This document shows positions 28,101 to 35,256 of a DNA stretch of 35,939 nucleotides, piece by piece. The stretch is from positions 1 through 35,939 of IMG/VR virus record IMGVR_UViG_3300012348_000071. One strand, written 5' to 3'. The stretch is from a virus. Its lineage: Duplodnaviria; Caudoviricetes. The translations under genes and the position numbers were made by a program. Under the pieces are notes generated by a model. It did not search any database and had not been told where the DNA came from. It saw only the letters and a program-made list of their open reading frames with translations. Positions within the stretch are counted from its first letter, which is position 1. The number at the start of each line of letters is the position of its first letter.

Positions 28101-28652
28101 ATGGCTATGAAGCGTAGTATAAAATGGATAGTGCCCAGGTCAGCACCCCGAGATGACCCACGAATAGCCATAGCTAAACACATTGGCTGGATTAAACCAA
28201 TAACCACGGAAACTGAATACAGCTTACCCGAGCCAGATCATTACAACTATGCCGGGCTTGCAAATAAACCCGTTGACTGTCCTTTCATTGCCGATCAAGT
28301 ATTTTATCAAGATAAGAAAACAAAACTTTGGTGGAGTATATACTATGTCACTGAACAAGACAATGACGCTTTTCTTCAATGGAGTGAAGACATTAACTTT
28401 ACACAATGTTGGACACCATTTAGACAAACTAAAATGAGAAATCGTCGCAGTATGCTTTGGGCTAGACACAACATCAGCGAAGGCAACCAAACTGACAATG
28501 AACGCTTGTATACCATGGGCTACTACGAGAAACTTAAAAGTAAATACTTTGACGATGATACAAAATATGTTGATTCGTTATTAGGTGAGGCAAGAGCCGC
28601 ACTTAAAAACTATGTTCCCCAGGAGCATAGTGAAGAGGTAGATGATTTTTAA
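28101..28652 (+). CDS. Hypothetical protein (183 aa)
   Basis: ORF followed by a terminator; no family recognised. Confidence 0.75.
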   Translation: MAMKRSIKWIVPRSAPRDDPRIAIAKHIGWIKPITTETEYSLPEPDHYNYAGLANKPVDCPFIADQVFYQDKKTKLWWSIYYVTEQDNDAFLQWSEDINFTQCWTPFRQTKMRNRRSMLWARHNISEGNQTDNERLYTMGYYEKLKSKYFDDDTKYVDSLLGEARAALKNYVPQEHSEEVDDF

Positions 28653-28686
28653 TCAATACCTTTAGTTTTACTGTTATGATAACTTC

Positions 28687-28718
28687 AAGCCCCTTTAGAA
28701 ATAGAGGGGCTTTTTTTT
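28687..28718 (+). terminator. Rho-independent terminator ending the late region
   Basis: AAGCCCCTTT-agaaat-AGAGGGGC followed by a run of 8 T. Confidence 0.88.
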
Positions 28719-28879
28719 ACCACTAAAGTATTAGAGCCTAAATTCGTATTATTTCTACTAAAGTAGTATATAGACCAGTGATCAGGTCATTTAACGCTGA
28801 AATAAGCAATCTGCTTAAAAATTAAGCAATTTCTGGTAAAAAACCTGCGTTTTTTATGCCGCAAACGGCGATATTTTAA

Positions 28880-28908
28880 TTGGTATAAATTCGCTTTGAT
28901 GTTATAAT
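28880..28908 (+). promoter_or_regulatory. Sigma70-type early promoter with extended -10
   Basis: TTGGTA (28880-85), 17 bp, TATAAT (28903-08) preceded by TGn. Confidence 0.7.
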
Positions 28909-28965
28909 AACTACATAGCAACAAAACGCTATACAACTTTTTAACTTTAATCAGGAGATTATAAA

Positions 28966-29232
28966 ATGGCTAATTTTATCGTAATGGAACTTGCTAAGGA
29001 TCCCGAAAATCCTAAAGAATGGTTTTGGACTGGTCGTAGTTTTATTGCTACATCTACAGGACATTCGGTAGACGAACTTAAACAAAGCGAATTCTTTTGC
29101 AGTAATTTCAATCGTCAATGCGATGAAGAATTTGGCACTTGGGAAGGTGTAGAAATCCTACCATTTCCAAATACAAGTAATAAGCCTACTATGGTTAAAG
29201 TTTTAGATTACGCACTACCGGTAATGATATAA
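28966..29232 (+). CDS. Hypothetical early protein (88 aa)
   Basis: CAGGAG RBS downstream of the early promoter. Confidence 0.8.
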   Translation: MANFIVMELAKDPENPKEWFWTGRSFIATSTGHSVDELKQSEFFCSNFNRQCDEEFGTWEGVEILPFPNTSNKPTMVKVLDYALPVMI

Positions 29233-29235
29233 ACT

Positions 29236-29424
29236 ATGACTACAAGACAACAAGACTGCCTCAACCAAATGCGTGATATTTACGCACAGTTTACTGGCGA
29301 AGAAGTAGCACAGGCTATTCGTGTCATTCGTGCTGAATTGGTTGCAGAAGAACTGAGAACAGATTTACAGCGTGAGATTTTGGCAAAACAAAGTCTACTT
29401 GATAAGTTGACACAAAATAAATAA
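29236..29424 (+). CDS. Hypothetical helical early protein (62 aa)
   Basis: Fills the gap 3 nt after the upstream stop. Confidence 0.65.
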   Translation: MTTRQQDCLNQMRDIYAQFTGEEVAQAIRVIRAELVAEELRTDLQREILAKQSLLDKLTQNK

Positions 29425-29435
29425 GACAGTATAAT
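29407..29435 (+). promoter_or_regulatory. Perfect consensus sigma70 promoter
   Basis: TTGACA (29407-12), 17 bp, TATAAT (29430-35). Confidence 0.9.
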
Positions 29436-29513
29436 ATACACATAGCAAACGCTATAAACCGTTCAGCACTAAGGTGCAGAACATTTTTACTTTAAACTTT
29501 AAGGAGTTATCAA

Positions 29514-30392
29514 ATGGCAACAATCGCCCAACCCGTCCATAACGGACAATTCGCAGTAATCCAATCCACACCCGGACTTGGTGTCACACACACTACTCGC
29601 ACAACAAGGATCAATCCCATTGCCAAAGAAGTTCAAGATACTTTCGATGGCATTTACGCACAGACAACCAGTTTCGTGCAAAATCCAAATTCGGCAATCA
29701 ATGGTATGATTGTATCAGGCGATGCTGGTGTAGGTAAAACTTACACAGTTAAAAAGGCATTGGTTAATACTGGACATCAACAAAATGTTGAATATATTAA
29801 AGGCACAAAAATTACTGCCGCTGCCTTGTATGTTAAACTTTATCTCAATCGTGCAAGTCATAGAATTATTGTTCTTGATGACTGTGATTTGATTCACCAT
29901 CATGAAAAGAACTTAATTGTTCCAATGCTACTTGGTGCAGTTGATCTTGGTAAGAATCGTAGCATTGGCTGGGAAACTACAAAGAAGAACGCATTGATGG
30001 AAGAATTCAATGTTCCACATACTTTTGAATTCAATGGTAATGTAATTTGGATTACCAATGACCGTAAAGACCAAATCGGTAAAGCAGTCAAGCAATGGAA
30101 AAACGCTATTATGAGTCGTTTCAACTTTGCTGAATGTAATTTTACAGATGAACAAAAGTTTATGTATACCATGCACTTAGTTGAAAACTGCGACATGCTT
30201 GGTAAGAACTGTCAAGAGTTTGTTGGTGGCTATTCACAGAACATTATTGACGAAGCCGCAGATTACATGAGTGCTAACTATCGTCAACTAGTAGAAGTTA
30301 CACCGCGTATCGCTATCAAAATTGCTGATACTTTATATCATAACAGCGATGTCAACTTGCGTAAGACTATGTTGCGCCAACTTTGGAAATAA
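29514..30392 (+). CDS. AAA-type P-loop ATPase
   Basis: Walker A GDAGVGKT, Walker B IIVLDDCD, sensor VIWITN, Arg-finger-like AIMSR; TAAGGAG RBS. Confidence 0.85.
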   Translation: MATIAQPVHNGQFAVIQSTPGLGVTHTTRTTRINPIAKEVQDTFDGIYAQTTSFVQNPNSAINGMIVSGDAGVGKTYTVKKALVNTGHQQNVEYIKGTKITAAALYVKLYLNRASHRIIVLDDCDLIHHHEKNLIVPMLLGAVDLGKNRSIGWETTKKNALMEEFNVPHTFEFNGNVIWITNDRKDQIGKAVKQWKNAIMSRFNFAECNFTDEQKFMYTMHLVENCDMLGKNCQEFVGGYSQNIIDEAADYMSANYRQLVEVTPRIAIKIADTLYHNSDVNLRKTMLRQLWK

Positions 30393-30401
30393 GGACTAGT
30401 T

Positions 30402-30902
30402 ATGTTTAATAATGAACAATGGGGCAACATTGGACTGCCTGGTTTAGATGATGACAAGCTGTTAAACACAAATTGGAATTTTGCTAAAACAGAAAATGAT
30501 AAACTTCGTAGAAGCCAAACACTTAAACAAGTAGCGGCACAGCGAGATGAGACTTATTATCAAAATCAAAAGCAAGGTTGCCAACTACGTGATAACACTT
30601 ATCAAGCAGAGAATCTAGCAAGACCAGAAGTGCGAGCAAAACTCAGTGCTAGATTAACTGGCAGAGAAAAAACAGCAGAGCACATTGCCAAAGTGGCAGA
30701 AAAATCCAAAGAACGAGCACTTCCTTGTATTACTCCATTGGGCGTATTCCGCAGTGGTGTTGAGGCTGGTCTAGCATATAACCAAGAACGTGGCGTGACC
30801 AATGGTAGAAATGCTGTTTGTAATAAATTGAAAAAAGGCGTCTCAGGTTATCGTTATATTTCTGTTGAAGAATATATTATGCTTACAGGAAAAGAACTAT
30901 GA
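30402..30902 (+). CDS. NUMOD-like putative DNA-binding protein, paralog 1
   Basis: PEVRAKLSARLTGREKTAEH (NUMOD3-like); shares N- and C-terminal blocks with the next gene. Confidence 0.65.
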   Translation: MFNNEQWGNIGLPGLDDDKLLNTNWNFAKTENDKLRRSQTLKQVAAQRDETYYQNQKQGCQLRDNTYQAENLARPEVRAKLSARLTGREKTAEHIAKVAEKSKERALPCITPLGVFRSGVEAGLAYNQERGVTNGRNAVCNKLKKGVSGYRYISVEEYIMLTGKEL

Positions 30903-31429
30903 ACAACGAACAATGGGGTAATATTGAACTACCCGGACTCAGTGATGAAGAACTTCTCAATAAGAATTGGAATAAAATCACCGGAGCACGCGAAGCAGTT
31001 AAAGCCAGAGAAAAAAATGGCTGGAAAGAAAAAAACGAACAACGTTTTGAAGATTCTGAATATAGTAAAAGAGTAGCCAAATCTATCAGTGAAACTTATT
31101 CAACTGAAGAAGGTCGTAGAAAACAATCAGTTAAATCAAAACCTCATAAAGAAGAAGCTAAAGAAAAAATTCGTAAAGCAAATATTGGTAAACAGCGTAA
31201 AGGTCAATCTTGGATTAAAAGTATGGCTGAAAAGAAAAAAGGTAATACTTGCCGTTGTAAACCAATTGTAACCCCAATAGGTGTTTTTATTAGTCTTAAA
31301 GAAGCAGAAGGACCTACAAAGATTTCTATAGGTAGACTTCGTAGATATACTAAACAACTTCCTTGGAGTAAAGATTATTATCATATTACCAAAGAAGAAT
31401 ATATTATGCTGACAGGTCGTGAGCTGTAA
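30899..31429 (+). CDS. NUMOD-like putative DNA-binding protein, paralog 2
   Basis: KPHKEEAKEKIRKANIGK (NUMOD3-like) and KPIVTPIGVFISLKEA (NUMOD1-like HTH start); ATGA overlap. Confidence 0.65.
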   Translation: MNNEQWGNIELPGLSDEELLNKNWNKITGAREAVKAREKNGWKEKNEQRFEDSEYSKRVAKSISETYSTEEGRRKQSVKSKPHKEEAKEKIRKANIGKQRKGQSWIKSMAEKKKGNTCRCKPIVTPIGVFISLKEAEGPTKISIGRLRRYTKQLPWSKDYYHITKEEYIMLTGREL

Positions 31430-31438
31430 GATTTTTAG

Positions 31439-31446
31439 TATAAATA
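31439..31446 (+). promoter_or_regulatory. Exact T4 late consensus TATAAATA
   Basis: Intergenic, 4 nt before a structured non-coding stretch; a second exact copy lies at 31632-31639. Confidence 0.5.
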
Positions 31447-31450
31447 GTTA

Positions 31451-31587
31451 TGTAAAGGGCGATTATGTTTCTCAATCGTTATTTGCCAAAGTATATGAAC
31501 CTCAAGTGTGCTTGCCCTTTACAGCCAATCCGCAATGGAAAGGCACTGAAATCCCCCGTTTAAGGCATTTTTCGGGGGATTTCTTTT
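31451..31587 (+). ncRNA. Candidate structured small RNA
   Basis: TGTAAAGGGC (31451-60) can pair with GCCCTTTTACA (31514-24); small hairpin at 31525-45; closes with a terminator; no plausible plus-strand ORF. Confidence 0.45.
31549..31587 (+). terminator. Rho-independent terminator
   Basis: GAAATCCCCCG (31549-59) / CGGGGGATTTC (31573-83) followed by TTTT. Confidence 0.8.
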
Positions 31588-31601
31588 GACTACATTTTTC
31601 C

Positions 31602-31630
31602 TTGACAATCACAGTGAAATAGACTATAAT
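31602..31630 (+). promoter_or_regulatory. Perfect consensus sigma70 promoter
   Basis: TTGACA (31602-07), 17 bp, TATAAT (31625-30). Confidence 0.9.
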
Positions 31631-31702
31631 ATATAAATACATTATACAGGCAAATAAGGAATTAGAGATTATTCCAGTCATTATATTATATAGGAGACAT
31701 AA

Positions 31703-32266
31703 ATGGCAAAAATACAAGCACAGGGTCCATGGACTATTACAAATTCAGTTCAACGTGCCAGCAAATATCACGACAGTGATTATACTTACATTACAATGAA
31801 GAACTACAATGGCGACATTGTTCATACTAACATAGAAGAAGACTTTAACAACAATCAGTATTGGGCAGATGTTATACAGGCTTTGGACAATAATTATGAT
31901 GTTGTTATTGATGATATTAATTACAAAACCAAATATGGTAAGATCGTCACAGACAATAGAACAGGTAATCCTATTATTGATGCTGACAGCAAACCCACTA
32001 TTAAAAGTCTAACTAAAAACTTGGACAAGCAAGCTGATGCTGATCGCAAACTTGCATATAATAATGCAAAGACACAGGAACTTGTAAATTTAGGCATAAC
32101 ACAGACCAAGGGTAAATGGGATATTAAATGTTATATGGATAAGAACGGTGAGTTTGTTGATGATCTTAATCCACAAAAAGGCGATAACATTGAATTGATT
32201 CGCGAAAAATTAAAAGTCAAAACATTAATCAAACACGCTGATATGTTAAACAAGGGTTTAGTATGA
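31703..32266 (+). CDS. Hypothetical protein (187 aa) coupled to the helicase-like gene
   Basis: AGGAG RBS; ATGA overlap with the downstream gene. Confidence 0.8.
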   Translation: MAKIQAQGPWTITNSVQRASKYHDSDYTYITMKNYNGDIVHTNIEEDFNNNQYWADVIQALDNNYDVVIDDINYKTKYGKIVTDNRTGNPIIDADSKPTIKSLTKNLDKQADADRKLAYNNAKTQELVNLGITQTKGKWDIKCYMDKNGEFVDDLNPQKGDNIELIREKLKVKTLIKHADMLNKGLV

Positions 32267-33717
32267 CAGTGATCATAGACAGCCGTAGATGCGGCGAAGG
32301 CAAAACTTATGACAACACGCCCACACCAACATTTCATCAAGGGCGTGTGTTAAGCACTTGGAGTAACATCAAATATGGATGGCAGTTGGGCTATAGATAT
32401 TTGGTAGTCTTACCTGGTATAGCACTCTGTGACGCTTATGAAGCAGAGTTCATTGACTTTCTCAACAAAGAATGTCCTCAGGGACACAGCAATCAATTGG
32501 CAAAGATTACCAGTGTTAATGCTAGTAACGTGCAAAGGCAACTACACGAAGAACTTAATAATCGCTGTGCCATTATCATTATCACGCAACAAGCATTTTT
32601 ACAAAGCACTATTGTTAGTTCAAATAGACAGCAATACAACTTGATCATTGATGAAGCTATTATGCCCTACAGGGAAATACCAGTTTATCACGAAGATACC
32701 TGCGGCGTAGATTTTAAGTGGGATGAAAATACAACTTTGGTTGAACCCACAGATGGCGCTGTTGAATGGAAGATATTAAACTTTCACAACTTGCAGGGCA
32801 ACTTTATCACAGATGCTGCCGAGCAAACACGTTATTTGTTTAATCCCAATTGGCAAAGTCGTTGTCACTGTGATGACTATACTAAGTTTGCTGATCCCAT
32901 ACCAAAAACAGAACGCATGAGCATTATACAGGAACTATTACCTATGATCTTTGATCATTGGTCTAGTATTTGGATTGCCTGCGCTGCCTTTGAATATACG
33001 TTTATGAGCCGTTGGATGACTGAACATAACATACCTTGGAAGATACACAGTAAATTACAGTTTAAAGCACACCGAGTTAAAATGAACATTCACGGTCCCG
33101 AAGACAAGTTTACTTGGAGTAGCTATAAACAGGACAATGAACCTGAACTTATTCAACAGTATAAAACACAGGCTACTAGCATTGCCGAAGATGATGGTGT
33201 ATTGGTCTTACGCAACAACACACAAAACAGACAAGTATTCAAAAATGAAATCAAACTTCCCCATAACAGTGCAGGCAGCAATGACTATAAAAAATATGAA
33301 TACGTTAGTTTGGAAAGTGCTTTAAATGCTACACCAAATATGACTAGATTTCTTCGTGATGTTTATGGCATTGACAAATCTAATAATTTAGATGTAGTGC
33401 ATATGGCACAGACAGTGTATACATTTTATCAAACTTTAATGCGTAGTTGTCTAAGAAGCGGTAAACCAGCAACTGTGTTTTGTTTAGACAACAGAGTTAT
33501 TTTGGGCTTAGGTGAATTCTTTGAAGATATCAATTACAACGAACTGCGTTTGGTTCGTAACACAGATATTAATGAACCTGGTAGGCCATTAAAAACCCAA
33601 TTGGGCAGGGCATTAACCGGTAATGAACGCACTCAATTAAGCAGATGGCGTAAATTGACCAGATATCAGGGATGGACTGATGAACAAATACTGGCAGATA
33701 AACAGAAAAAAATGTAA
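32263..33717 (+). CDS. SF2 helicase-like / origin-binding replication protein
   Basis: Walker A RCGEGKT, motif Ia LVVLP, IITQQAF, Walker B LIIDEA, GSNDY, motif VI-like YQTLMRSCLR; basic C-terminal tail PGRPLK...LTGNERTQLSRWRK. Confidence 0.7.
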   Translation: MTVIIDSRRCGEGKTYDNTPTPTFHQGRVLSTWSNIKYGWQLGYRYLVVLPGIALCDAYEAEFIDFLNKECPQGHSNQLAKITSVNASNVQRQLHEELNNRCAIIIITQQAFLQSTIVSSNRQQYNLIIDEAIMPYREIPVYHEDTCGVDFKWDENTTLVEPTDGAVEWKILNFHNLQGNFITDAAEQTRYLFNPNWQSRCHCDDYTKFADPIPKTERMSIIQELLPMIFDHWSSIWIACAAFEYTFMSRWMTEHNIPWKIHSKLQFKAHRVKMNIHGPEDKFTWSSYKQDNEPELIQQYKTQATSIAEDDGVLVLRNNTQNRQVFKNEIKLPHNSAGSNDYKKYEYVSLESALNATPNMTRFLRDVYGIDKSNNLDVVHMAQTVYTFYQTLMRSCLRSGKPATVFCLDNRVILGLGEFFEDINYNELRLVRNTDINEPGRPLKTQLGRALTGNERTQLSRWRKLTRYQGWTDEQILADKQKKM

Positions 33718-33771
33718 CGAAACTTCTTTAACGCTTTAAGAGATTTCGTTACATATGTGAACTTATTAATT
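33708..33771 (-). repeat. 64-bp palindromic site, copy B (inverted relative to copy A)
   Basis: Its reverse complement equals 15482-15545 except in the 7-nt block (taaagcg vs ataatac); 59/64 identical. Confidence 0.95.
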
Positions 33772-33785
33772 TAAAGGAATAACCA

Positions 33786-34049
33786 ATGAAATACCTAATA
33801 CAAGAAACTATTATTATCAAAACAGACAGCAACGAAGAACTCAGAGATTTTGTTAATAAAGAACTCACAGAACAAGAGTTCTTATTAGCCAAACTCAAAA
33901 ACCCCAAATTGGCATATTGGACCATTGATCCACAAGGCATAAAACGCCATTACAGAAACTGCGAACTACAAGTAACTATTCATGGCGATGAAATAACTAA
34001 TCACAGCTTGTTATCTCAGGTAAAAAACTTTAAGATCTTAGAACCATAA
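33786..34049 (+). CDS. Hypothetical protein (87 aa)
   Basis: AAAGGA RBS directly after copy B. Confidence 0.75.
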   Translation: MKYLIQETIIIKTDSNEELRDFVNKELTEQEFLLAKLKNPKLAYWTIDPQGIKRHYRNCELQVTIHGDEITNHSLLSQVKNFKILEP

Positions 34050-34106
34050 TCTACGCATTTAATGAAATACATAAATAAATAACACATACAGAAAGGCAAA
34101 TAACAA

Positions 34107-34463
34107 ATGGAACAAACAAAAAAGCCCATGGGAAGACCAAAAGGCTACAGCCCTGGTTGGAAAAGAATTACCACACATCAAGTAGGTCTTTGGACTTGGA
34201 ACTCAGAGACACTGCATAGTCGTTTAGTTAAAACAGCTCCAGACAAATGCTGGGCTTGGACAGGAAGTAAAAACGATTATGGAAATATCTTCGGTGCTTA
34301 CAAAAACAACAAAAAACAAATGACACAGGCAAACCGCCTTCTATACATGGAAATACACAATGAACCCATTGATCATTTAGCAGTTAAAATGAAATGCGGT
34401 AACAAGCACTGCTCAAATCCCCAGCATTTTTACACAGATAGAAACTTTAAGTATAAGCCATGA
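34107..34463 (+). CDS. HNH/His-Cys-type endonuclease-like protein, probably degenerate
   Basis: CWAWTG...YG...ANRLLY...CGNKHCSNPQH pattern; N-terminal MGRPKG; CATAAATA motif at 34070-77 upstream. Confidence 0.7.
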   Translation: MEQTKKPMGRPKGYSPGWKRITTHQVGLWTWNSETLHSRLVKTAPDKCWAWTGSKNDYGNIFGAYKNNKKQMTQANRLLYMEIHNEPIDHLAVKMKCGNKHCSNPQHFYTDRNFKYKP

Positions 34464-34666
34464 AACAAATAAGACACAGCCTAGAATATGAAGGTGTTAA
34501 TCACCAAGCAATCATCTCTGCACTCAAAGACTTTTTTGATGAACAACCATTTGCCAATGGCATTGATTGGCAATACAAATATCTTTGGGCAACAATGACC
34601 GATGAACAAGCAATGATGTTTTTACTTAAACATCCAGAGTTTATAGGAAGGTTTCAAACAATATGA
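34460..34666 (+). CDS. Hypothetical protein (68 aa)
   Basis: ATGA overlap; C-terminal DEQAMMFLLKH. Confidence 0.7.
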   Translation: MKQIRHSLEYEGVNHQAIISALKDFFDEQPFANGIDWQYKYLWATMTDEQAMMFLLKHPEFIGRFQTI

Positions 34667-34944
34667 GTTTCTTTGACAGCATATTTGGCTCATCACCAGC
34701 CAATCAAGCAATGAACAGTTTTGCCAGTAATCAAGGTATTGCTAACAGTAATGCGTGGACTACACAAAATCAACTGGCTAACGCTTATAATCAACAACTA
34801 CTTGGACAATACCAAATGGCAAGGAATAAACCGAAATGGGTGTTTAACGGCGTGGATTGTAATGTTCAAGAGTTTGCTGAACTGATGTGGCCAGACGATG
34901 AACAAGCAAGACTTATGTTTATATTAAAACACGGAGGAGTATAA
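34663..34944 (+). CDS. Hypothetical protein (93 aa)
   Basis: ATGA overlap; C-terminal DEQARLMFILKH. Confidence 0.7.
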   Translation: MSFFDSIFGSSPANQAMNSFASNQGIANSNAWTTQNQLANAYNQQLLGQYQMARNKPKWVFNGVDCNVQEFAELMWPDDEQARLMFILKHGGV

Positions 34945-34945
34945 A

Positions 34946-35206
34946 ATGGCACGCCCAGAACCAAAAATAATTGTAGAACAAGAAGTAGACAATGGTGATG
35001 TTTGGCAAGTCTTAGAAACAACTGCAACTTATATTATCACTTACCGAGGCAGACCTGTTAACATTAGAGTTATTATCCCTGGACTGGGACACACTAAGTT
35101 CAAATACAAGCGAGCCAGTTACAGCGAAGAAGGCACTGCTATAGCTCAGGTTAGACGCTATAATAGAAACTTTAACACCACAGACTTTGATTACATTATA
35201 GTGTAA
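34946..35206 (+). CDS. Hypothetical protein (86 aa)
   Basis: GGAGGAG RBS; MARPEPKII...KYKRASYS...FNTTDF. Confidence 0.8.
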   Translation: MARPEPKIIVEQEVDNGDVWQVLETTATYIITYRGRPVNIRVIIPGLGHTKFKYKRASYSEEGTAIAQVRRYNRNFNTTDFDYIIV

Positions 35207-35256
35207 GATAATTCTGAAAGTTAATCATAAAAAAACAGATAAGAATGATTCTTATT

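Noticed and set aside
28653-28965. tRNA genes in the intergenic regions
   Set aside because: No cloverleaf with a T-loop GTTCRA and acceptor stem was found by eye here or at 31430-31700; tRNAscan-SE would be decisive.
1407-33940. Numerous 60-140 aa minus-strand and alternate-frame ORFs in the track (e.g. 2331-2621, 13824-14207, 24403-24819, 27821-28207, 31502-31717)
   Set aside because: They mostly shadow longer, motif-bearing plus-strand genes or structured non-coding DNA, and they lack RBSs or recognisable motifs.
1-35256. Genome-wide stop-codon reassignment (TAG or TGA)
   Set aside because: Genes are intact and tightly packed under the standard code; the only split gene is explained by the intron.
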